Shown in pieces: positions 9,759 to 18,658 of a stretch of 64,000 bases of DNA. Below the pieces are notes generated by a model. The model ran no database searches and was not told the DNA's origin. It was given only the letters and a program-made list of their open reading frames with translations. The DNA lies in assembly GCA_964523105.1 (NCBI GenBank), contig CAZFZN010000003.1, positions 251,707 to 315,706 on the forward strand. The letters run 5' to 3'. Position 1 is the first letter of the stretch. Each line of letters starts with the position of its first letter. The DNA comes from an uncultured Akkermansia sp. GTDB taxonomy: Bacteria > Verrucomicrobiota > Verrucomicrobiia > Verrucomicrobiales > V1-33. The position numbers and the translations under genes are program-made.

Positions 9759-10808
9759 TCAGAACGGGGCGCGCTCCGCTTTTTGGAAGCGCTCGGTCAC
9801 GTCGCCGGAAAGGGCGATGTTGTCGGGATCGAGCGTCATCACCGGGGCGCCGGGTTTGAGATCGAACTTCGTGAGGTCGGCCCACAGGACGTTGGGGCTG
9901 GTGGTCAGCTCGAAGAAGTAGCGGCGGGTGTTGAGGTTGATGGCGGTGCGGTATTCGGTGTTGTAGATGCCGAAGTCCTTGTAGGGCGCGCCGAAGGGAA
10001 CGGAGATGTTGCGGGCGATGGCGAGGAGGCCGGCGATGGCCTCGCGCTCGGACTTGGGTTCGGGCAGCATCGAGGTGAAGTAGGCGGCGCGCTGGAAGCG
10101 GTCCTTGGCATTGACGTTGCCGGGCAGCTTCGTGTCGCTGCTGGGCTTGGAGAAGTCGTGCTCTTTCAGAAGCGCGAGCTGCTCGTCGTAGGTCGGGTCG
10201 TTGGTCATGAGTCGGTATTCCTTGCCGTGATGCACCACTGCCTTGCCGCCGATGTATTCGATGATGGCGGAGTCGCCCGAGGCATCCTCGATGGCGAGGT
10301 GGACAGTGGCTTTGTGGCCGTTGGCCGACATCATCACGATCTGGACCTTGTCGAGCAGGGCCAGTGCCTCCTTCACGTCGGCGGCCTGATCGAGCAGGTA
10401 CTGGAGCCAGAGTCCGGCTTGCACGCCGGGCTTGCTGGCGTCGCGCGGTCCGAAATCGGTGGCCCTCAGATAGAGCATGTGGCCCGCGAGGCCTTTTTCG
10501 TTCACGCCATCGGCGGTGCCGACGCCGTAAACGGAGGTAATGAGGCTGCCGTATTTGGAAGTCCACTTGGCGGGGTTTTCCTTGTCCACCTCCACGGGGC
10601 CGGCCATGCCGCCGTTCCTTTCCATGCCGGCGGGCAGGATGGTGAGGATGGGCATGGTGGACTCCGGCCAGTCCATGGTGCGGCCGGCGATGACGGCGAG
10701 CTGGTTGTTGTTCCACAGGATGCGGCTGCAAGCATCGGCGGCGGGGCTGATCGCGGCGACCAGGGTGGCTGCGGTGAAGATGGCGAGGTGTTGTTTTGTT
10801 GGTTTCAT
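9759..10808 (-). CDS. secreted choloylglycine-hydrolase-family linear amide C-N hydrolase, copy 2
   Basis: The ORF-track frame extends to 11063, but the Pro/Thr-rich extension overlaps the upstream gene. ATG at 10808 gives MKPTKQHLAIFTAATLVAAISPAADA/CSRILWN, a signal peptide followed by the nucleophile Cys. It shares KWTSKYGS, GVNEKGL, GDSAIIEY and MTNDPTYD with copy 1. Confidence 0.85.
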   Translation of the reverse strand: MKPTKQHLAIFTAATLVAAISPAADACSRILWNNNQLAVIAGRTMDWPESTMPILTILPAGMERNGGMAGPVEVDKENPAKWTSKYGSLITSVYGVGTADGVNEKGLAGHMLYLRATDFGPRDASKPGVQAGLWLQYLLDQAADVKEALALLDKVQIVMMSANGHKATVHLAIEDASGDSAIIEYIGGKAVVHHGKEYRLMTNDPTYDEQLALLKEHDFSKPSSDTKLPGNVNAKDRFQRAAYFTSMLPEPKSEREAIAGLLAIARNISVPFGAPYKDFGIYNTEYRTAINLNTRRYFFELTTSPNVLWADLTKFDLKPGAPVMTLDPDNIALSGDVTERFQKAERAPF

Positions 10809-10887
10809 GGTGTTGGTTGGAGACTTGGTGGGATGAGGCGGTCCGCCTTCGGACGGGCTAACGCTTCTCAGTTTTATTGGAGCTTGG

Positions 10888-12771
10888 TTACCGGTTTCCT
10901 GTGGCGATCGCTTCACCGAATTTCGCCATGAAGCCGCAGAGGCAGCCGCCGCCGTGGGCGTGGGCATGATCGTGGCCGTGTTCGTGGTCGTGGGCTTCGG
11001 CGACGGCGAGCATGGCGCGGGTGAAGGCGAGTTCGGAGGGGTCGCCGGGTTGCAGGCTGGCACCGGCCTTCTTCAGGCTGGCGATGTTGAAGATGGTGAC
11101 GCCTTCCTTGATCGTCTCCACGACCTTGATCTCGTCGATGTTTTCCGGGTCGATGGCAGTGGGATCCTTGTCGAGGATGACGAAGTCGGCGAGCTTGCCG
11201 GCCTCGATGGAACCTTTGCTTTTCTCCTCGAAGTGCTGCCAGGCGGGCCAGATGGTCATGGCTTTGAGGGCGGTCATCACATCGACGCGCTGGGCCGGGC
11301 CGATGATGTCGCCCGAGCGCGATCGGCGGGTGACGGTGGCATCGAGCACGCGCATCGAGTTTGGGAAAGCGACGGGCGCGTCGTGGTGGGAGGTGAATTT
11401 CATGCCGCGGTTCACGCACCAGCCGGTGGGGGAAATGTTGTCGGCCAGTGCGGGGCCGACCGTGTGGTCGCGGTGCCAGTCGCCCCAATAGAACGTGTGC
11501 ATCGGGAACAACGAGGGAATGACAGAGAGGCGATTGAAGGAATCGATTTGGTCCTCACGAAGAAATTGTCCGTGGATCAGCACCGCTCTGCGATCACCCC
11601 CGCCGTGCTTGCGGGAGGCGGCATCGATCGCGGCGATCAGAAGGTCGGAAGCGGCTTCTCCGTTCGAGTGGGTGAGGATTTGGATCTTGTTCTCGTAGGC
11701 CCAATCGATGGCTGAAATCACCTGTTCCCCGGTGGCCGCAGGATAACCGCGATAGCCAGGCGGATACTTCCCGACGGGAGCGTAGTAAGGCCGGTCGCGC
11801 CACGCCGTGAAACCCTGGGGCGATCCGTCGATGGTGAGTTTCGCCCCTCCCACGCGGAGCCTGTTCTTGTATTCCTGAGTGACGTTTTTCCTGATGAACT
11901 CCCGGTCCACCAGGACATCGGGATAAGTCACTACGTCGTTTTTGAATCCACCCTCATCCGCCACGGCTCGCAGGATATTGGCGACCGCAGGAACCGAGCG
12001 GCCTTCCTGGGCCGTGGTGTAGCCGAAGCGCGCCCACAACTCCGCGCCGGAGCGGGCGAACTGCCTGGCACCCTCGGCACCGGCCCGCGACAGCAGTTTC
12101 ATGACCACCGGAAACCCCGCGGTTTCCTCGAGCACCCCGTTGGGCTCCTTGCCATCGTCGCCGCGGCGGATCACTCCCCCGGCCGGGTTGGGGGTTTCCG
12201 AAGTCACGCCGCAGACTTCCAGCGCCTTCGAGTTCACGGCGAAGAGGTGGCCGGACTGGTGGACGATGCACACGGGAATGTCCCTCGAAACCTGATCGAG
12301 GTCCTCACGCGTCGGGTGCCGCAACTCCGCGAGCATCGCATTGTCGTAGCCGAAGCCGACAATGAGCTGGATCTTGTCCACGGTGGCCTGGTTCGCACTG
12401 GTCCATTCCTTCAAGGTCTGGACCAGCGACGTAATGTCCTTCACCTCGCCATCGGGTGGAGCCAGCATGTTCGCCGAGAGCGCCTGGATGCCGCCCATGA
12501 ACACGTGGCCGTGGGCATCGACGAAACCGGGGAGCAGGGTTTTTCCCGATAGATCGACGAGCTTGGTGGTGTCGCCTTTGGTTTTGAGAACATCGTCTTT
12601 ATTACCGACAGCGAGGATTTTCCCGTCCTTCACGCCGACGGCTTCGGCGCGCGGCGCGGAGTCGTCGATGGTGAGGATGGAGCCGTTGTGATAGATGGTG
12701 TCGGCCGTCTGCGAAAAAGCGGTGAAGGTTAAACTCAGAAGCGCGGCGATCAGTGTTGGTGTTGTTTTCAT
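10888..12771 (-). CDS. secreted metal-dependent amidohydrolase (Amidohydro_3 / YtcJ-like), paralog A3, with His-rich + CxC C-terminal tail
   Basis: ATG at 12771 with a signal peptide. LPGFVDAHGHV and ILTHSNGEAA are present. The tail reads HDHEHGHDHAHAHGGGCLCGFMAKFGEAIATGNR. Confidence 0.85.
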   Translation of the reverse strand: MKTTPTLIAALLSLTFTAFSQTADTIYHNGSILTIDDSAPRAEAVGVKDGKILAVGNKDDVLKTKGDTTKLVDLSGKTLLPGFVDAHGHVFMGGIQALSANMLAPPDGEVKDITSLVQTLKEWTSANQATVDKIQLIVGFGYDNAMLAELRHPTREDLDQVSRDIPVCIVHQSGHLFAVNSKALEVCGVTSETPNPAGGVIRRGDDGKEPNGVLEETAGFPVVMKLLSRAGAEGARQFARSGAELWARFGYTTAQEGRSVPAVANILRAVADEGGFKNDVVTYPDVLVDREFIRKNVTQEYKNRLRVGGAKLTIDGSPQGFTAWRDRPYYAPVGKYPPGYRGYPAATGEQVISAIDWAYENKIQILTHSNGEAASDLLIAAIDAASRKHGGGDRRAVLIHGQFLREDQIDSFNRLSVIPSLFPMHTFYWGDWHRDHTVGPALADNISPTGWCVNRGMKFTSHHDAPVAFPNSMRVLDATVTRRSRSGDIIGPAQRVDVMTALKAMTIWPAWQHFEEKSKGSIEAGKLADFVILDKDPTAIDPENIDEIKVVETIKEGVTIFNIASLKKAGASLQPGDPSELAFTRAMLAVAEAHDHEHGHDHAHAHGGGCLCGFMAKFGEAIATGNR

Positions 12772-12804
12772 GGAGCAGTAGTGAGGAGGTTTGCGCCCGT
12801 CCTG

Positions 12805-14958
12805 TCAGCTCTTCTTGAACTCCAGTCCCGGATCACCCTCGGGCGCGCCGATGAGGACAAACTTCATGTCCTTGTCGCCGGTTAGGGTGACTTCCGAAAT
12901 CATCTGGGAGTCTTTGCCGGTGAGGACGAGCAGGCCCTTGTCGTTGAGGCCGTAGGTTCCCTTCATTTCGGTCTTCTGGTCGCCGTTCATGTAGGACCAG
13001 GTGTAGTTGCCGTCGGCGGCCATGGAGAAAGTGACCTTGCCGTCCTGGCCGCGGTCGCTGACCCAGTTGCCGACGAGTTTGTCAGGGGCCACGGGGGCCG
13101 GGCGATCGACGGGCGCATCGTCCACCTCGCCGTCATCGGGCAGGGAACTTTTCGCGAGATCGCGCAACTGGTGGGCGGTGCCGTCGGCGGGCTGAAGTTT
13201 GGCGGTGATTTCAAACTCGGCATAGGCCTGGTCCATGTGGTCGGTGACGAGGTAGTGGTAGCCGAGCACGAAGTGTCCCTCGGCGGCGTCGGGCTTGCCT
13301 TTCACATAGTCCTCCAGCTTGCGGAGCTGATGGGTGTAGGTGGAGGAGGAATCGTAGAAACCGACCATGGTTTCCCAGCCCCAGCCGGGGCCGGAGGCGA
13401 GGACGGGATTGAGCACGCCGGCGGATTCGGCGTATTTGCCGAGCGCGAAGAGGACCAGCGCGCGGTATTCGTGGAGCGTCACATCCCCGGGCGTGTAGCT
13501 GATGGCTTCATCCACCGTGCTCATGGCGGTGACGTAGTCGCCTTTCTTGAACGCCGTCCGTGAACGATCGAGGGCTTCGGCGGATTTGGTTTCGGCGGTA
13601 GTCGCGGTAGCTTCGTCACCGGGCGGGGCCTTGGCGGCGCTAACAGACAGCGGCTGGGTATAGACCACCGTGGTGTTTTGCACCGGCGGCGCCGGATAGG
13701 GGTTCCGGTAGGTCTGGTAGCCCATGTCATAGATCATGTTGCCCATACTCCAGGCGGCGATGCCCCACATGAGACCTTTGGCGAAGTCGTCATCGTCATC
13801 GTCATACCACCAGCAGCGGTGATAGTGGTGATGATTGTAGCCATAGCCCCAGTGGCCGTGGTGCCATGAGTGGCAATGACCCGCGCCCCACCACGGACGC
13901 GCGCCCCAGTAGTTGGGACGGTAGGAGTAATTGAAGCTGTTCCGGAAGTTGTTGTTGATATTGATGTTCACATTGTTGCCAATGTTGACCCGGTTGCCCC
14001 AGATGCTGTTGTTGCCGCCCCATCTGCCGGTGTCCCAGTTGGGCACGCGCGCCGGAAGGGTGGACGGCCGGTTGAGCCCGATGTTCTCGCGCCCGATGTT
14101 GATGTTGTCGATATGGACGGGGTTCCGGTTTCCGATGTTGATGTTATCGCGCCCGGGGCCACCGATGCCAGGGCGAGTGTTGCCGGGCCGGTTCGGATAG
14201 GTGATCATTCCTGGCAGGGTGGAGGGCCGGCTGGTGCCGGGACGATTGGCCAGCGGGCCGTCGTTATTGCCGGGGCGGTCGAAACCCGGGCGGTTGTTGT
14301 CGCCGGGGCGGTTGAATCCGGGACGGTTGTTGTCGCCGGGACGCAGCCCGGGAAGATTGTTGCCGGGCCGGTTGTCTCCCGGGCGGAGGTTGCCGGGGAG
14401 TGTTTCCGGGCGGTTTTGGCCCGGGCGGAGATTCCCCGGGCGGTTGTCAGGAAGATTGTTGCCAGGGCGCTCGCCCGGTCTGGTTTCCGGCCGGTTGAGG
14501 CCGGGGCGGTCGCCGCCGCCCGGCCGGGTCGGGCCGGGGCGGGTTTCCGGACGGTTAGGGGCCGGCGCCGGCCGCGTCGTGGGCCGCTCTACGGAGGGAC
14601 GCCCGGACGGCCGGGTCTGCGGACGCTCCACGGGCCTTGCCTGCGGACGCTCCGCGGGCCGGGTTTGAGGACGGGCCGCGGGCCGGGTCTGAGGACGGGC
14701 TGCGGGCTGCGGCGCAGGACGGGAGACGGGGCGTTGAATCTTGGATCCTGTGGCGGGATTCCGGGGCGCGGAGACCCCGGGACGCGACACCCCGGGACGT
14801 GACATACTGGGACGCGACATGCTGGGACGCGACATGCCTCCGCCTCTGGAGGCGCCGGCGGAACCTTTTCCCCTGCCGACGCTGCCGCGGGCTTCGAGTT
14901 CCGGAACAGCAGCGCTCAAACTGAGGAGCGCGACGACATAGACACTGAATGGTTTCAT
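12805..14958 (-). CDS. secreted low-complexity (Pro/Arg/Gly/Asn-rich) protein with a His/Trp-rich acidic core and TPR-like C-terminal half
   Basis: ATG at 14958 with a signal peptide. About 320 aa of xRPxxRP and NRPG repeats follow, then GHCHSWHHGHWGYGYNHHHYHRCWWYDDDDDD. After that come TPR-like helices (GDYVTAMSTVDEAI..YRALVLFALGKYAESA..GHFVLGYHYLVTDHMDQAYAEFE) and a small beta-rich C-terminal domain. Confidence 0.7.
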   Translation of the reverse strand: MKPFSVYVVALLSLSAAVPELEARGSVGRGKGSAGASRGGGMSRPSMSRPSMSRPGVSRPGVSAPRNPATGSKIQRPVSRPAPQPAARPQTRPAARPQTRPAERPQARPVERPQTRPSGRPSVERPTTRPAPAPNRPETRPGPTRPGGGDRPGLNRPETRPGERPGNNLPDNRPGNLRPGQNRPETLPGNLRPGDNRPGNNLPGLRPGDNNRPGFNRPGDNNRPGFDRPGNNDGPLANRPGTSRPSTLPGMITYPNRPGNTRPGIGGPGRDNINIGNRNPVHIDNINIGRENIGLNRPSTLPARVPNWDTGRWGGNNSIWGNRVNIGNNVNININNNFRNSFNYSYRPNYWGARPWWGAGHCHSWHHGHWGYGYNHHHYHRCWWYDDDDDDFAKGLMWGIAAWSMGNMIYDMGYQTYRNPYPAPPVQNTTVVYTQPLSVSAAKAPPGDEATATTAETKSAEALDRSRTAFKKGDYVTAMSTVDEAISYTPGDVTLHEYRALVLFALGKYAESAGVLNPVLASGPGWGWETMVGFYDSSSTYTHQLRKLEDYVKGKPDAAEGHFVLGYHYLVTDHMDQAYAEFEITAKLQPADGTAHQLRDLAKSSLPDDGEVDDAPVDRPAPVAPDKLVGNWVSDRGQDGKVTFSMAADGNYTWSYMNGDQKTEMKGTYGLNDKGLLVLTGKDSQMISEVTLTGDKDMKFVLIGAPEGDPGLEFKKS
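14611..14706. repeat. 4 x 24-bp tandem repeat encoding (A/V)(A/E)RPQ(T/A)RP
   Basis: The units ccgggtctgcggacgctccacggg / ccttgcctgcggacgctccgcggg / ccgggtttgaggacgggccgcggg / ccgggtctgaggacgggctgcggg were read directly from the sequence. Confidence 0.85.
14771..14835. repeat. about 4.3 x 15-bp tandem repeat encoding (M/V)SRP(S/G)
   Basis: The units gagaccccgggacgc / gacaccccgggacgt / gacatactgggacgc / gacatgctgggacgc / gacat were read directly from the sequence. Confidence 0.85.
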
Positions 14959-14979
14959 GGTGCGGGAGTGGCTGAGATT

Positions 14980-15966
14980 TTATTTTTCCGGCGCGGCTTC
15001 GGTGTCGGCGGGGTCCGGCGCAGGCTCGGTGACAGCGGGCTCCGGTGCCTGCCGCACGACGCTCAATTCATTGTCAGGCAGGCTCTCGCCATCGATCAGG
15101 CGGTCGCGGCTGATCCATTTGAAGGCATCCTTGCCGTCCAGAACGATGCGCTGGGTGGCGCTGGTGGATTCTCCGTCGGCGGTGGTGCCCTCCATGCGCA
15201 TTTGCCAGCCGTCATCCGTGGGCGTCCAGTCCGTTTTGGAGAAGCCGCCGCCGTCATCAAACATCCAGGCGGTCACGGTCTTCCTCGCTGCATCCCAGCC
15301 CAACCGGAAAGTGGTGGTCATCGGCGGGGCATCCGCTTTGCTGACGAGAAGCTTGCCTGCCAGGAATTTGCCGGATTCATGCCAGCCGACGGCGAGGTCG
15401 AAGCGGGTATCATCCTTTTGACTGGTCCAGTCCCCCTTCAGGCTGTCCGCGAGATCCGCGAGGTGGCCTTCCGCGCTGGTGGCGTCACCGAGTGACCGGG
15501 TGCCGGCGATGAGCCATGCTCCTCCATCCACCTTCTTCAAAACCGCCGTGTAGTTCACCGAGCGGGCCGGCTCATCCTCGCCTGGCGGCGTGTAATGAGC
15601 GGTACCGTCCTCGATGGCGAGGTCGGCGGCAACGAGCCGCACCGAACTGACTTCGACCGCGAGGGACGGCACCGTTTCCCCGCGAAATTCCTCTTCATAG
15701 TGAGCCTTGATCGCGGCGCGCCCGGAGGTGATTTCTTCGCCCTTCAGGTCCGCCATTTCCCCGGATTCGGTGAACAGGGCCGCGAGCGCGGCCGCGTCCC
15801 TGTTATTATAGGCAACGACGAAATCCGCGGCCGCCTGGCGCAATCCTGCGATTTCCGGCGAAGGTTCCTCCTCTGCGCTGTCCACAGCGGGCGGCGGTTC
15901 CTTTTGATTCTGCGCGCACAAAGATGCGGCCAGACCGGCGAACAGGGTCAGTGTCAGGAGTTTCAT
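14980..15966 (-). CDS. secreted NTF2-like (DUF4440/SnoaL/SgcJ-type) domain protein
   Basis: A signal peptide is present. LRQAAADFVVAYNNRDAAALAALFTESGEM is typical of DUF4440/SgcJ-like NTF2 folds. A second related half and an acidic Pro-rich tail follow. Confidence 0.65.
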   Translation of the reverse strand: MKLLTLTLFAGLAASLCAQNQKEPPPAVDSAEEEPSPEIAGLRQAAADFVVAYNNRDAAALAALFTESGEMADLKGEEITSGRAAIKAHYEEEFRGETVPSLAVEVSSVRLVAADLAIEDGTAHYTPPGEDEPARSVNYTAVLKKVDGGAWLIAGTRSLGDATSAEGHLADLADSLKGDWTSQKDDTRFDLAVGWHESGKFLAGKLLVSKADAPPMTTTFRLGWDAARKTVTAWMFDDGGGFSKTDWTPTDDGWQMRMEGTTADGESTSATQRIVLDGKDAFKWISRDRLIDGESLPDNELSVVRQAPEPAVTEPAPDPADTEAAPEK

Positions 15967-16132
15967 GTGTTATTCAATGGTTTGGAGATTGGACTCACGG
16001 AGGAGAGGAAACGGGACGGGGTGCCGCACCGGCACACCCGGGAAGATCCGCCGCCGTCCCGTCCTCTATATCCGTGGGAGCAATTTTTGATATAGGACCA
16101 AGTGCCCACGCCGCCCCGGTGCGCAGTCTGAT

Positions 16133-16759
16133 TCAGCGCGGCGGCACCGCGGGGGAAACGCCAGCCTCTTTTGCCAGTTGGAGCATCCCGGCGACAGACG
16201 AAATGCCCAGTTTGGCAGTAATCTGACCGCGGTGGTTTTTGATCGTCTTTTCGGCCGCTCCGAGCACGTCGCCCACCTGCTTGTTCAGAAGGCCCGCAAT
16301 CAGCAGCCGGAAGACTTCAAGTTCGCGCCCGGTGAGTTTTGCCAGTCGTTCCCTTGCATTGCGTGCGGCACCTTCAGCTCTCGCAATTTCCGCGGCCCTG
16401 GCCAAAGCGCGGCGCACGGCTTCGAGCAGTGCCTCGCTGCTGAACGGCTTCGACAAAAAATCCACCGCCCCCGCTTTCATGGCCGCCGCACACATGGGCA
16501 CGTCGCCGTGAGCCGTGATGAAAACGATCTGATCGTTCCGCCCCGCCGCGAGCAGCCGTTCCTGAAGCTGCGTACCGCTCAAGCCAGGCATTTTGACATC
16601 CAGCACAAGGCAGCCGGGAACTCCGCGCACCGGCTGTGCCAGGAACGCCCCGGCGGAGGCAAACGTCTCCACTTCAAGGCCCGCGGCAGTGAGCACACGC
16701 GCCAGACTGCGGCGCACGGAATCGTGGTCGTCTATAACGGAAACGAGCGGACGGGTCAT
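16133..16759 (-). CDS. FixJ/LuxR-family response regulator (REC + GerE-type HTH)
   Basis: The receiver motifs are VIDDHDSVR, LVLDVKMPGLSG and DFLSKPF. The C-terminal LTGRELEVFRLLIAGLLNKQVGDVLGAAEKTIKNHRGQI is a LuxR-type HTH. Confidence 0.9.
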   Translation of the reverse strand: MTRPLVSVIDDHDSVRRSLARVLTAAGLEVETFASAGAFLAQPVRGVPGCLVLDVKMPGLSGTQLQERLLAAGRNDQIVFITAHGDVPMCAAAMKAGAVDFLSKPFSSEALLEAVRRALARAAEIARAEGAARNARERLAKLTGRELEVFRLLIAGLLNKQVGDVLGAAEKTIKNHRGQITAKLGISSVAGMLQLAKEAGVSPAVPPR

Positions 16760-18606
16760 GACAGGGGGGATTCGTTCACTGGCAGAGAAAAGGTGAAACA
16801 GGCGCCGCCGCCAGGGGCATTCTCCGCCCGGATGTCACCGCCGTGGGCTTCGACGATAGTGCGCGCGATGGCGAGGCCCATGCCCATGCCGCCAGGCTTG
16901 GTGGTCTGAAAAGGCTCGAACCACCTGGCACTGTCTCCGGGTGGCAGCCCGGGACCAAAGTCGCGGACACTCACCTCAATCCTGCCCGCCGCAGGCACCG
17001 CACTGACGACGATGCGGGATGCGCCGGCCCCCGGAACTGCGGAGGCATCCATCGCATTGAGCAGAAGATTCACCAGCACCTGTTGAATCTGCACCGGGCG
17101 CACTTCGACCGGCGGCAGTCCGGGCATCGTCTCCACACTCACTGTGCAGCCGCGGGAGGCACATTCCGGAGCGGTCAGGCTACGGGCCGCCGCGATCAAC
17201 TGCGTCATGTCCGCCTGCTGAAACTCTCCCGCCTCCGGCTGCAGCATCTGCCGGGTGCTGCGCATCAGTTGACCGGCATGCTCACCGTCGGTTTCAATGT
17301 CCATGAGAATCTCCCGGCACTCCCGGGTGTTAACCGGCTCCTCCTCCAGCAGACGGCGTGCGGCGCCGGCGTTGTTCACCATCGCCGTCAGCGGCTGATT
17401 CAGTTCGTGCGCGAGAGCGGTCGCCATCTGATTCACCGTTGCCACGCGCAGCGCATGAGAAAGCTGGTCGCGCTGCTGATGCAGCAGTTCCTCGGCCCGC
17501 CGCCGCCGCCGCCGCTGCACCAGCAGGCGGGCGATCAGCAACCCCTGCACGAGGATGGCCGCCGAAACGACGATCATGGTGTGGCGGTGTTCCTCCCACA
17601 GTCCGGGACGGCGAAACCGCACGTCCGCGCCCGCCGGGAGGAGCTTTTCGTCGAGACCCCAGCGCTGCAGTTGCCGCCAGTCCCACCAGGTAACAAAGGC
17701 GCGGCTCGCGGCCGGCGGCACCTCCGAGGCGCTCCCCGCGCGCAGCACCGCCGCCGCCTGGGCTGCCAACTCATTACCCAGCGAGGCATAATCCACGGTG
17801 ACCGCGGCGGTCACCCCCTCACCGGCCAGGGCGTCATCGAGAGCAAAGACCGGCACGGGTGCAATCCCGGCGAGTTCCGCACTCGGCGAGTGCGGCAGCG
17901 TTCCGCCCGCGATCACGTTTCTGAAGAGCAGGAGAGTATCCCTGTCCAGCGCGCGCACCGTTTCGAAGACCTCCGGCTTGGGCCGTGCGGTTAAATTCAG
18001 GAAGGCCATGCCGCTGGCGGAGGCGAAGTCGCGCGCCCCGGCGATCCACGCCTCCCGCTGTTCCGGCTGCGGAAAATAAGCTCCGGAAACAAACGCCAGC
18101 TTCTGCGCCCGCGGCATCAACCGGTGAATGGATTCCAGAAATCCGGTCAGATCGCGGTCCAGCGTGACCCCCGTTACATTTCCTTCTCCCGCGAACCGGC
18201 GATAACGCAAGGCATTGATCCCCGAGACAAGCAGCGGCGATTCCGGCCAGAGTTCCCTGCGAAACTGTACACCTAAGATTGATCCCGGAGTTTCATAAGC
18301 CACCAGCAAATCCACGCGCCGGCCCTGGTATTTCGCATGCATCCATGTATCCAGTTCCTTTTGATAGCCGGTCAGGCCGGGCGCCACATCCTCTGTCAAC
18401 ACGGTCACGGGACGATTACAAAGCCGCGGCAGTTCCGCGGTGAACTGCCGCAGGCAAATCGCCATCGCCTCGCGATGCACGCTCGCCGGCAGGAGGAAAA
18501 CGATGGTCTTCCGCTCCTCCTCCGCCGGCGCGCTGCACATCAACGCCATCCACGCCGTCACCCGCAGCAGCAGGGTTCTGCGTAAGATCAATGGCAGCCG
18601 GTTCAT
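16756..18606 (-). CDS. sensor histidine kinase with large periplasmic (ABC-substrate-binding-like) input domain
   Basis: ATG at 18606. About 300 aa of extracytoplasmic domain lie between hydrophobic segments. The H-box is ATALAHELNQPLTAM and the ATPase G-box is GMGMGLAIARTIVEAHGG. The stop overlaps the response-regulator start (ATGA at 16756-16759). Confidence 0.85.
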   Translation of the reverse strand: MNRLPLILRRTLLLRVTAWMALMCSAPAEEERKTIVFLLPASVHREAMAICLRQFTAELPRLCNRPVTVLTEDVAPGLTGYQKELDTWMHAKYQGRRVDLLVAYETPGSILGVQFRRELWPESPLLVSGINALRYRRFAGEGNVTGVTLDRDLTGFLESIHRLMPRAQKLAFVSGAYFPQPEQREAWIAGARDFASASGMAFLNLTARPKPEVFETVRALDRDTLLLFRNVIAGGTLPHSPSAELAGIAPVPVFALDDALAGEGVTAAVTVDYASLGNELAAQAAAVLRAGSASEVPPAASRAFVTWWDWRQLQRWGLDEKLLPAGADVRFRRPGLWEEHRHTMIVVSAAILVQGLLIARLLVQRRRRRRAEELLHQQRDQLSHALRVATVNQMATALAHELNQPLTAMVNNAGAARRLLEEEPVNTRECREILMDIETDGEHAGQLMRSTRQMLQPEAGEFQQADMTQLIAAARSLTAPECASRGCTVSVETMPGLPPVEVRPVQIQQVLVNLLLNAMDASAVPGAGASRIVVSAVPAAGRIEVSVRDFGPGLPPGDSARWFEPFQTTKPGGMGMGLAIARTIVEAHGGDIRAENAPGGGACFTFSLPVNESPLS

Positions 18607-18658
18607 ATCTCCGCATCAAGTAACCGTCCGCGTCGCCCTGTCCAACGCCGCGCCGCGG

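Noticed and set aside
9511-10931. Overlapping 406-aa (minus) and 449-aa (plus) ORFs across choloylglycine hydrolase copy 2
   Set aside because: They are alternative frames of a gene with a strong Ntn-hydrolase pattern. Their Arg/His/Pro-rich composition is not protein-like.
10809-11063. N-terminal extension of ORF 9759..11063 (85 extra residues, Pro/Thr/Ser-rich)
   Set aside because: The extension overlaps the 3' end of amidohydrolase A3. The internal ATG at 10808 gives a proper signal peptide ending just before the nucleophile Cys.
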